NCBI GenBank assembly: GCA_964016885.1
Contig: OZ024755.1
Span: forward strand, 17,298,001 to 17,362,000
Source: Eledone cirrhosa
Taxonomy: Eukaryota
DNA length: 64,000 bases
Reading direction: 5' to 3'
The position numbers and the translations under genes are program-made. Under the pieces are notes generated by a model. The model had not been told where the DNA came from and searched no databases. It saw only the letters and a list, made by a program, of their open reading frames with translations. Positions within the stretch are counted from its first letter, which is position 1; every line of letters starts with the position of its first letter. Below, in pieces: positions 53,624 to 64,000 of this stretch.

Positions 53624-53743
53624 GGTTATCTTCATGATTTTGATACCATCTTCCAAGATTTCCACATTCAATGGTCAGAACTTGAAAATAACCAATCATT
53701 TGATGACCAAAATAAAATCACTTTGTCCATATCTCAAACAGAT
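53624..53743 (+). CDS. Spectrin-repeat protein exon (GYLHDFDTIF...ISQTD), 40 codons
   Basis: Branch-like TACTAAT, AAG acceptor, GTAAGC donor, symmetric phase 0. Confidence 0.78.
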
Positions 53744-54116
53744 GTAAGCATGGGCATGTTTTTTTCAAATATTTTTTATTGAAGTAAAAACAAAAATAAA
53801 TGCTTTAACTTTTAACATTCTATAATGACTTAGCAGAAAATATATAAAAACAATTTTCTTAATTCAAATGTTTATAATGTCTTTTACTGGGTCACAGTAA
53901 AGGCATTAATAAATTTATCCTCAGAGTGAACACAAGTAGTTAGGTAATAGTGACACCATGAATAATGTGACCAGAGGCATGTTGCCACATTAACAGCGAA
54001 AATACAGACTGGTTAAAGACAAACCTGGATCTGATCGATATATATATATATATACATATATATCTCCCGTCTAACCCATGCTAGCATGGAAGAACGGACG
54101 TAAAACGGTGATGATG

Positions 54117-54154
<38 letters not shown>

Positions 54155-54302
54155 GGGTTTTCCTGATGATTTCTTTCAAATGAAACAGCTCTAGACCTGT
54201 AGTAGCCATTTCTATATCAAATTTGTTGTTTAAACTCTACTAATGTATTGAGTACCTTATTTACTATGGTTACCCCCGATTGAACCCAGGACTCACACAC
54301 AA

Positions 54303-54333
<31 letters not shown>

Positions 54334-54432
54334 CATACACACAACAAAATAAAATATAAGAAACACAGCAGTCTCCAAAAGTACATTATTGATAATAATT
54401 TAATAATTTTGTCATTTTCTTTTCCTTTGTAG

Positions 54433-54615
54433 AATTTTCTAAAATCTCTCTTTGACAATAAAGAACTAATCAAGAAAATTAATGAAAGTGCCAAGGCACT
54501 GGATAAATCTAAATCTCCAGGCTGTCAGTCTGCTATTAAAGAAGCAACAAACAGTGTTAACCAAAGATGGGAGTCCATTAAACAACAAGCAGAAGAAAAA
54601 CATAAAGTATTAATG
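54433..54615 (+). CDS. Spectrin-repeat protein exon (NFLKSLFDNK...KHKVLM), 61 codons
   Basis: Strong pyrimidine tract plus TAG, GTAAGT donor, VNQRWESIKQQA helix-C motif. Confidence 0.9.
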
Positions 54616-54658
54616 GTAAGTAAGATATCATCATCATCATTCTGGCATGGGTTGGATG

Positions 54659-55141
54659 CAGTGCTGGGCTTACTTATAAGCTAAATAAGATATAGTTTAG
54701 GGTGACACACCTTTCGGGGGCCTCATTTAAAAAAGAATATTTCAATTTTATCATTAGTTTTTATTCGTAACAATAAATCTTTAAAAATTATATATATATA
54801 TATATATATATCATCATTTCATTTACGTCCGCTTTTTCCCTGCTTGCAAGGGTGGGACGGGAACTGATTCTGGCTTGATTTCTACAGCTGGATGCCCTTC
54901 CTAACACCAACCTCATTTACAGTGAGTGCTGGGTGCTTTTTTGCCGTGGCACCTCCACGACCACTTTGCAGTGGAATGATATGAACCCCAGTCCTATCAT
55001 CTCATTTCTACAGCTGAGTAAACTGGAGCAATGTGAAATAAAGTGTCTTGCTCAAGGAAACAACACATCACCCGGTCTGAGAATTGAACTCACAACCTTT
55101 CGATTGCAAGGCCAATGCTCTAACCACTAAGCCATGTGCCT

Positions 55142-55176
<35 letters not shown>

Positions 55177-55817
55177 TAGGATTTATCTTCATGCATGGCT
55201 GTATACAGATATATATTAGAATTTCGTATTTCTAAAGAAACACGGTATGTTTACATGTAATCATTTAGAAAGCCATAGCTATACAAAACACCGGGGCTAA
55301 TGACATGTGGTGGTGTCCAGCAGAAACAAAGGGAACAATCGTCAATACATTTCGAACTTAACTAGTTCTCACCAGGTCGATCCCTCCCACACTTGCGACT
55401 GCTGGACTTGAAAACAGGTGACAATCAGGATTTTAACAGTCTTAAATTGGATGCAGTGCTGGGCTTACTTATAATGTCTAGTACTGGGATCCCTTCTTCC
55501 TCTAAATCTCTTTAGCACTTCTTTTCTCTCATTTCTCTGGAAGAAATCTGCTGTACTCAGGCCTGGAGAGACAATGGGCTCCACCAGGTTTTAAAATGGC
55601 CTAAGAAACACTGAGTCAGCAGAGTACTCAATACTTGGGATAGTAGGGTGTATCTATATTAGAGTGAGTCAAGGCCTGATGGCTGAACCATTGCTATTTT
55701 GACAGCTAATTGTTCTTTATCATAAACATTAATATTAAAAAAAATAATAATATATTTTTAGAGAAGGTCCCCAAATTTCATATAGCTTAAGGCCTCGGCA
55801 GGTGAAAATTCAGCTTG
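54659..55817. mobile_element. hAT-like MITE expanded by nested insertions
   Basis: Ends homologous to 18552-18716; flanking duplication (gg)gttggatg. Confidence 0.6.
54811..55143 (-). mobile_element. SINE family B, full length, in (TA)n
   Basis: Near-identical to 6711-7044. Confidence 0.88.
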
Positions 55818-55934
55818 GGTTGGATGGGTCATCACAGATCATTTTAATACTTAACTGGGGCTGTTGTCCTCCTTTAGCTATCTTAACTGAATGATATTTC
55901 CTCCGTTTGTCATTCTATTTCTTCATATTTACAG

Positions 55935-56087
55935 AACATAAACAACTTATGGCAGAACGTTGATGACAATAAGAAAAATCTTGAACCAACTCTTCAAAGT
56001 GCTGAAGAAATGTTGTTACCTGAACATCTGAAATTTGACATTGCTGCAAGTGATGCTGCTTTACAAACACAATCTGATAAATTAAAG
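55935..56087 (+). CDS. Spectrin-repeat protein exon (NINNLWQNV...SDKLK), 51 codons
   Basis: ttacag acceptor, AAG|GTAAGA donor. Confidence 0.88.
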
Positions 56088-56149
56088 GTAAGAAACAAGA
56101 AAAGAAAAATTATAATCTTTATCTCTTTTCATACCAACCCTCCTGGGTC

Positions 56150-56180
<31 letters not shown>

Positions 56181-56192
56181 CATCATCATTTT

Positions 56193-56670
56193 ATTGGCAG
56201 TATCAGTAGAGGGTCGGACGCCATGCTTTCTAGCATAGTTACGCCCCTTTACGATCTGAGTTCAAATCCCGCCGAGGTTGACTTTGCCTTTCATCCTTAC
56301 GGGGTCGATAAAATAAAGTACCAGTAATGCACTGGGTAATTGCTGGCCTTGTGCCTAAAGTAGAAACAATCATTTTATGTCCACTTTTCCCTGCTTGCAA
56401 GGGTGGGACGGGAACTGATTCTGGCTTGATTTCTACAGCTGGATGCCCTTCCTAACACCAACCTCATTTACAGTGACTGCTGGGTGCTTTTTTGCCGTGG
56501 CACCTACACGACCACTTTGCAGTGTGGGCTGGGTGCTTTTTTGCCGTGGCACCTCCACCATGACCACTTTGCAGTGGAATGATAGGGACCCCAGGGATAC
56601 ATATCATCTCATTTCTACAGCTGAGTAAACTGGAGCAATGTGAAATAAAGTGTCTTGCTCAAGGAAACAT
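56193..56670. mobile_element. Tail-to-tail SINE A (+, 56193-56371) and SINE B (-, 56372-56670)
   Basis: Matches to both family consensuses. Confidence 0.82.
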
Positions 56671-57080
56671 GTGATACAATTTCAAAAGGAGAATATTTAT
56701 CTAAGGCAGAGATATTTTGGCAGAACCATGTGAATGTCAGATAGAATGTTTTACCATATTTGTTCTGGTTCTCTGTTCTCTTAGTTTAAATCCCACTAAG
56801 GTAAACTTTGCCTTTCAACCTTTCAAGGTCGATAAAAAAAAAATATGTCTAGTACTGGGATCCCTTCTTCCTCTAAATCTCTTTAGCACTTCTTTTCTCT
56901 CATTTCTCTGGAAGAAATCTGCTGTACTCAGGCCTGGAGAGACAATGGGCTCCACCAGGTTTTAAAATGGCCTAAGAAACACTGAGTCAACATGGCATCC
57001 TTATGATTCCATCGGGAGTTACATACCATATCATATTTGTCTAAAAACCTTCCATCACAATTTTATATAAGAACCTTTAA

Positions 57081-57275
57081 CTCTTTAGCATTTACATTAC
57101 TCTATATATACTATTGTATTTTTATCTCACTTAATATTGAATCTATGAGATTTTGATATTATTTATTTTGAGAACAATACCTTAACAATGCCTTAACAAT
57201 ATCAGTTACAGCCAGTTTGAACAGAAAGAGGTGAGAGAATTCTGGTCGGACATGGCCAGTTTAGTTGCTAAAGGG
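57081..57275. mobile_element. piggyBac-like MITE (P1) nested at a TTAA in a P2 element
   Basis: TTAA on both sides; empty site gaacctttaagttatgttcc at about 48258-48278. Confidence 0.85.
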
Positions 57276-58147
57276 TTAAGTTATGTTCCAAATATTAGGT
57301 TAGTAGTGAGAAAATTAGTTATATTACTAAATCCCATTAACGTTTTCTGTATTTTATTAGAAATATGGTAATGAAAAGGATGCCGTTTGTGTGAGTGTTT
57401 ATGTTGTGTGTAGATACATGTTTGAGTTTGGGGATATGACATGACAGAATTATTAAGTAGTTTGTTTCCCATTCATGAGATCCCTGGTTTAATCCAGTCA
57501 TGTGGTATCTTGGACAAGTATCACATAACCTCATGACGACACTAGATTTGTGTGTGGGAAATTAAGTAGACAGAAACTGTGCAGGAGAAGAAGACGACGA
57601 CAAAGAAGACGAATAAGACAAAGAAGATCATCCTTGTCATCTATGAAGGCTGGATGTAGAAAATAATAAATAAATAAATAAATCAGTTATAGGCTGTTAA
57701 ATATGTAATGTTTAGTGACAGAAATGGTAGATCACAAGTGAACTGAAAAAATGTAGTAGTATTGTTGTTGTTGTTGTTGTTGGTGGTGGTGGTGCCTTAA
57801 TGCTGCACTATATAACCTAAACAAAACATTATAAACTAGATACACCAAAAAACAACTCTCTCAGTACATTTTTCACCCAATATGTAAGACTCAATGATAT
57901 TACATATCAAGCCTAATCTATCTTTGATGTTCCAATGTACATGTTATATATCATTGTTTTTTAACTAGATTTTTATTCCTTTATATATATTTATATATAT
58001 ATATGTGTGTTTGTGTGTGTGTATATTTTTTTCTCTCTCTCACCCTCCTTGAAAACAAGAAAACATCTGCTGCAGTTCTTACAATCTTTTAAAACATTTA
58101 GTAATTTTCTTTTAGATTCTTTTGTTTTACATCTAATATTTATCTAC

Positions 58148-58925
<778 letters not shown>

Positions 58926-59394
58926 TAGAGTGTAATATATAAATACACACCTTCGTTGATCTATTAATCATAAGGCAACATAAAAAAAAAATGTTCATTT
59001 TTTGAACTGAATAAAAAAACAACATAGCGATGACACTATATACAATAGATGATGATGATGATGATGGTGACGATGGTGATGGTATTGTTGTGAATGGTAA
59101 TTTTCATCAGAATAATGGTTCATGATGGTAGTGTTAAAAACAAAGAAAGAATCGGATGTTTTTAATCAACACAATAATGAAAGGATTATAATCCAACTTT
59201 AATTCTTGAAATAAAATTTAAGCACTGTATATTTTGAAGAAAAAAAAATTCTTAAGCTACACAATTATGTGTAAATATCTAAATGTGTATTATTTTTATA
59301 GTTGCTTTTTTTGTTTTGTATATCAGAACAAAAGTTTCTCTTTAAATATTTTCTTTGTCAGAAAAAAAGTTTCTCTTTAAATATTTTTCTTTGC

Positions 59395-59545
59395 CAACAA
59401 CTCTGAGCACCTTTTTGAATTCCTTGTATCTAACACGCCTGGGCATGCCTACAAAGTCAGAAAACAGCACAACTCCCATGACTTTCGGAAACATCTTTTC
59501 ATGCTCAGAGTTGCTGAAGCATGGAACAAACTACCTGCATCAGAT
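59395..59545 (+). mobile_element. CR1-like LINE fragment
   Basis: Homologous to 15095-15240. Confidence 0.7.
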
Positions 59546-60536
59546 ATTAGCTAAGATATTGCGTGTGATAATTATGTGAGATAAAGCCTTTACCATGAAA
59601 ATACAATAGTAAATACAGAGTAATGTAAATGCTAAAAGATTAAATATATATTGTTTGAGTGGAGGGTTTCTTCCCTGAAGACCTGCTTCTGTCCAGATAT
59701 CTTGAGAGCTTCTGACCATATTGTTAAATTTATATATAAGTGGCTGAGTATTTAACAGATATGGGCTCTTAGGCTGGATCAGCATGACAAAGTTGGACCT
59801 TTGAATTACAAGTACAGTCCATTTGACAAACTTACACATAGTTTCCATCTACCCAATTTCATTCACAAGACTTTGGTTGCCCTGAAGCTCTGGTAAAAGC
59901 TATTCAAAATTCCACAGAGTTAAATTAAACCTTAGATCACATAATTGCAATGCAAACTTCTTAACAACTTGGTCATATTTGCATCCCTTTAAGATTAAAT
60001 ACCCAAAGGAAAATAGATATATCTTTTAAAGATGCAATATCTGTGCTGTCTTTAAATGGAATAACTAGATGAGATTCGCACAGTTAATGTTCAATTGGTG
60101 TTGTAAGTAAAGGTTAGAGGAAAGACATGGACGAGAAGAGAGCTTTAAAGAAATGCAATTCTGGGAAGAAAGTTAGTAAAAAGACATAGTATTAGGTCTG
60201 AGAGATGGGGATGTAGTGTAGTGGAGTGGTGTGGAGTCGTGGGGGAAAAGAAAACTATATTAAATTGGTTTAGGTGAAAGCTAACCTACATGGAATGAAA
60301 TAAACCTGTTAGTGTTTCTCTGTTTGTGAAGTGTAGATGGTTTTAGAAGTGTCAAGCTGACATCTAATTTAAAAAGTGAGAGGGAATATATTAAAATGTT
60401 ATTGACCATATGTTTTACTTTGTTTTTGTTATAATACTTTCTATTTTATTTTTTTTACAAAAGGAAACCAATATTTTATTGGTAAATGTTTATTAAAAAG
60501 CCAGTGTTTAATATGTGTTATTTCATTTTGTTGCAG

Positions 60537-60682
60537 AAAATTGATCAGAACTTGAAAGCAGCAGAACCTACGTTAAATAGATTAAAAGATTCTGTATCAT
60601 CTCTACTATATTGTCTGCCTACAGCAGGGGCTAAGCTTCATTCCCAAAACCAACTGTTGTTATTTACTGAAAGATATGAAAG
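60537..60682 (+). CDS. Spectrin-repeat protein exon (KIDQNLKAAE...TERYE), phase 0 to 2
   Basis: ttgcag acceptor, AG|GTATCA donor. Confidence 0.87.
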
Positions 60683-61543
60683 GTATCAACTATTTTAATT
60701 TCCACCTTATATATCCATGTATAAAAGCAGCATTTCTTATTAACTTGAAATATATTATTATGGCAAAAATCGATTTGAAACTTCAAAGAAAAATTCAAGT
60801 ATGTTTCAGAAATCATATTTTAATCAAGTTGAACTTATTTGACTATCATTATGGCGAATACAAACATACGCTTATTAATAATTGTGCTATTGAAAACCTG
60901 TAACTAGTGATGTTATTGTTCCAAAATTGTGATTAAAAAATCTAAAACATATATAAATAAGTTATTTTGAAAGCATCTCAGGTTCATTTCAAACTGTAAT
61001 TCATCTTCAACATAAATCTAGTTAATTTCAAACAATCATAGTGTTACCTTACTTCGATTGATAAATCTTTAAAATATGGATATTATTTAGCTGTCCTTTA
61101 CTTTGAAAACTAGAATATTTCTGATGTTGTATTCCTGGTTTTCAAATAATGGTTTCTGAATTAAGTGCAAGGCAAACAATTTTTTTTTTGTGTGTGTGGG
61201 GGGGGGGGGGGATTAAATCAACCCCAGTGCATTACCGATGCTTTGTTTTATTGAACCCTAGTGGTAAGTGTATTGAACTTACAATCCTAATGTCATAGGT
61301 ATGATTCCAGGACTGGGCTGTGTCTTGTGTTCTTGAGCAAAACACTTCATTTCAGTAGAGTATCAGACAACATTCCGTTTTGAGTTCAATTCCCACCAAG
61401 GCTAGCTTTACCTTTCATCCTTAGGGGGTCTATAAAATAAAGCACTAGTAATGCACTGAAGTCGATTTAATCGATTTTCCCCTCGTCTAAAATTGCTGGC
61501 CTCGTGCGTAAAGTAGAAACAATTATTATTATTATTATTATAG

Positions 61544-62062
61544 TTGCATTTATCTTGCTTTATGTTCATACAAGTTATCACCAAGTCACAACCAGTGACC
61601 TCAAGAGACAACAAGGTCCGCCATGTTCAAGAAAGAACATACATACACACACATGCATCTTTAGGTGTTTAGACTTGTGATATACTTATATTGACAGAAT
61701 CTTCCTTAGTATATGGGCAGTTCCCATTAGTACTATCTTTTGTATTTCTCCTATACGCGGGTTTCCTGGGATTTGCGATAAGTAATCATTAGACCCCTTG
61801 GGTATCATTCCTAGAGCGCCTTCAACCACTGGTATTGTTTTAGTTCTCAATTTCCACATTTTTCCAATTTCTATCTCCAGGTCTTTATACTTGCTCAATT
61901 TTTCAAATGTTTTTATAGATACATTCTTGTCTATTGGAACGGACAAATCAATTAGCAGGCATACCCTCTTTTTAAAGTCCTTCAGTATTATATCAGGTCT
62001 ATTTGCATCTATTTTTCGGTCTGTTTGGATGCTGAAGTTCCACAAGATTGAGATGTGATCTT
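61544..62062 (-). mobile_element. 5'-truncated Dong/R4-like LINE (restriction-like endonuclease domain plus 3' UTR)
   Basis: IQTDRKIDANRPDIIL...LIDLSVP...EKLSKYKDL...IQKIVLMGTAHILRKIL (PD-(D/E)xK RLE domain); flanked by duplicated ttattattatag. Confidence 0.85.
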
Positions 62063-62074
62063 TTATTATTATAG

Positions 62075-62252
62075 GATATCTTATCAGTGCCAAGAATATT
62101 CAACCCAGATATGTGATGAGTGTAATGAAAGGAAGAACTTAAACAAAGAACTTGATAAAACCCTTGACTGGCTCCAAGATTATCATATAACAGTCCGAAG
62201 ACTTGGTAATGTCACTGAAGAAGTTTCTGTTCCTCCCGCTGAGAAAACAAAG
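62075..62252 (+). CDS. Spectrin-repeat protein exon (ISYQCQEY...PAEKTK), phase 2 to 0
   Basis: TAG acceptor, AAG|GTAATA donor, ELDKTLDWLQDY motif. Confidence 0.85.
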
Positions 62253-62916
62253 GTAATAGCAATCATGTCTTTAATAAACATCGTTTCTTCTTCTTCTCCC
62301 TATGTTTGTTTATATATTTCTGGTGCATTTACTTATATTTATACATGTGAAGTCATGTGGCTTAATGTTTAGAGAATTGGATTCACAATTGTGAGGTTTT
62401 GCGTTTGATTCTTGGACCAGGCAATGCATTGTGTTCTTGAGCAAAATACAGTTTACTCAGCTGTAGAAATGAGTTGCAACATCACTAGTGCTGAGCTGTA
62501 TTGACCATTACCTTTCCCTTGAATAACATCAGTGGCGTAGAGAGGGGAGACTTGTATGCTTGGTCAACTGCTGGTCTTCCACAAAAGCAACCTTGCCCAG
62601 ACTTGTGCCTCAGAGGGGTATTTTCTTGATGCAAATCCCATGGTTATTTATGACCAAAAGAGGTCTTTACCCTATTACTTATATTTATACATGTGTCAGC
62701 ATCTATGCTTTTCAAAAACTCAGCTAAAGCTATTCTTTAAATTTATTTATTGCTGTTAGTTTAATTTCCACTCGAAGAATATTATGGTTAAGAAACGCAA
62801 CCTCATGCAAAAATCACTGTCAACCTCTTCCTACATTCTACGATTTACTTATCTGTATTGTGTGTGCTTTGAGTATTGTTGGTTATAAATAAAACATATA
62901 TTCTATACTTTACTTA

Positions 62917-63114
62917 CAAGGGTGTGCTGAAAAGTTCATAGACTGACTATGAAGGAGTGATGTTAGAGCTGTAAAATCTTGCATGCATTAATTTCAACTC
63001 TTCTTATTAATAACTGCATTGTTTCTTTCCAGGGACTATGTTGAAAAATAAACCTCATTTGGTCATTCCATGAGAGTATCTTGGTCAGCCTATGAATTTT
63101 TCAACTGGCTCTTG
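62917..63114. mobile_element. mariner-like MITE
   Basis: TA|CAAGGGTGTGCTGAAAAGTTCATAG...CTATGAATTTTTCAACTGGCTCTTG|TA. Confidence 0.7.
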
Positions 63115-63626
63115 TATATCTATAGAGTGTGCTTTGTGTATTGTTGGTTTATACATAAAACATACATTCTATATTTTACTACGTCTTGGGTGTGTTTTGT
63201 GTATTCTTGGTTAATACATAAAACATAGATAAATATAAATTGAAAGACAATATAAAGTTGGAAGCTTCAGGTTTGGGATATTGTTAAAAATGTGAGAGGG
63301 TGATAGATATAGCTGAGTTTTGTAATGCAAACCACGAGAAACCTAATCAGTACCTTGCATTATTCATTATTATTGGCTCAATAAAGTACCAGTAATGCAC
63401 TGGGATAATTTCTGGCCTTGTGCCAAAAGTAGAAACAATTATTATTATTACTATTATTATTATTCTGAGTTCAAATCCTGCTGTGATTAGCTTAGTCTTT
63501 CATCCTTACAGGGTTGATAAAATAAAACACCAGTAATGCACTGGGGTCGATTTAATCAACTTTCCCCTTTCCTTTCAAATTGATGACCTTGTCCCAAATG
63601 TAGAAATAATAATTATTATTATTATT

Positions 63627-63805
63627 CTTTGAGTCTCAGTCATTGATGTTATTTAACTGGAAAGTTTGTTGAAATGAACATCAAGCTGTTACCTGCTGCC
63701 TCAGATATTCAGGACATCGGAGGGTTCTTGCTGTTCCCAGCAAGCATGCCTTTTGAAGTGTTCCAAAAAAAGGAGCTGGACTAATGTTCTTTAACCATCC
63801 TTGAA
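63627..63805 (-). mobile_element. Second Dong/R4-like LINE 3' fragment
   Basis: LQKACLLGTARTLR C-terminal motif; (TTA)n on both sides. Confidence 0.65.
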
Positions 63806-64000
63806 TATTATTATTATTATTATTAACTTTGCCTTTCATCGATAAAATAAAGTACCAGTAATGCACTGGGAAAATTGCTTTCTGCCAAAAGTAGAAACAA
63901 TTATTATTATTTGCAGCAAAGAGTTACGGTCCTTTATGATCTGAGTTCAAATCCCACCGAGGTTAACTTTGCCTTTCATCCTTACGGCGTCGATAAAATA

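Noticed and set aside
61686-62093. 135-aa minus-strand ORF as an overlapping host gene
   Set aside because: It is a truncated LINE endonuclease domain; its start codon is borrowed from the antisense of the host exon.

Overview
AT-rich, microsatellite- and SINE-saturated eukaryotic DNA. The repeat families resemble those of an octopod cephalopod; this is inferred from recognition, not from a search. The + strand carries part of a giant spectrin-repeat gene (nesprin-1/MSP-300-like; dystrophin or spectraplakin family not excluded). I traced 17 phase-compatible exons from 25594 to 62252: 2 intact exons, one error-ridden exon running into a 200-N gap, then 14 exons that splice into an uninterrupted 864-aa frame, including one GC-AG intron. 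The first 25 kb holds a candidate upstream micro-exon and two candidate alternative first exons in frame with exon 25594. One encodes MGTVHSC...KRK...RRK (myristoylation/palmitoylation/polybasic motif); the other is TATA-preceded and encodes MCCLF.... Introns contain two tRNA-derived SINE families, RTE, CR1 and Dong/R4-like LINE fragments, and piggyBac-, hAT-, pogo- and mariner-like MITEs. They also contain many (TA)n-embedded fold-back modules, some with hammerhead-like motifs, and several locally templated insertions. Most ORFs in the supplied track are microsatellite artefacts. All coordinates and counts were read by hand.
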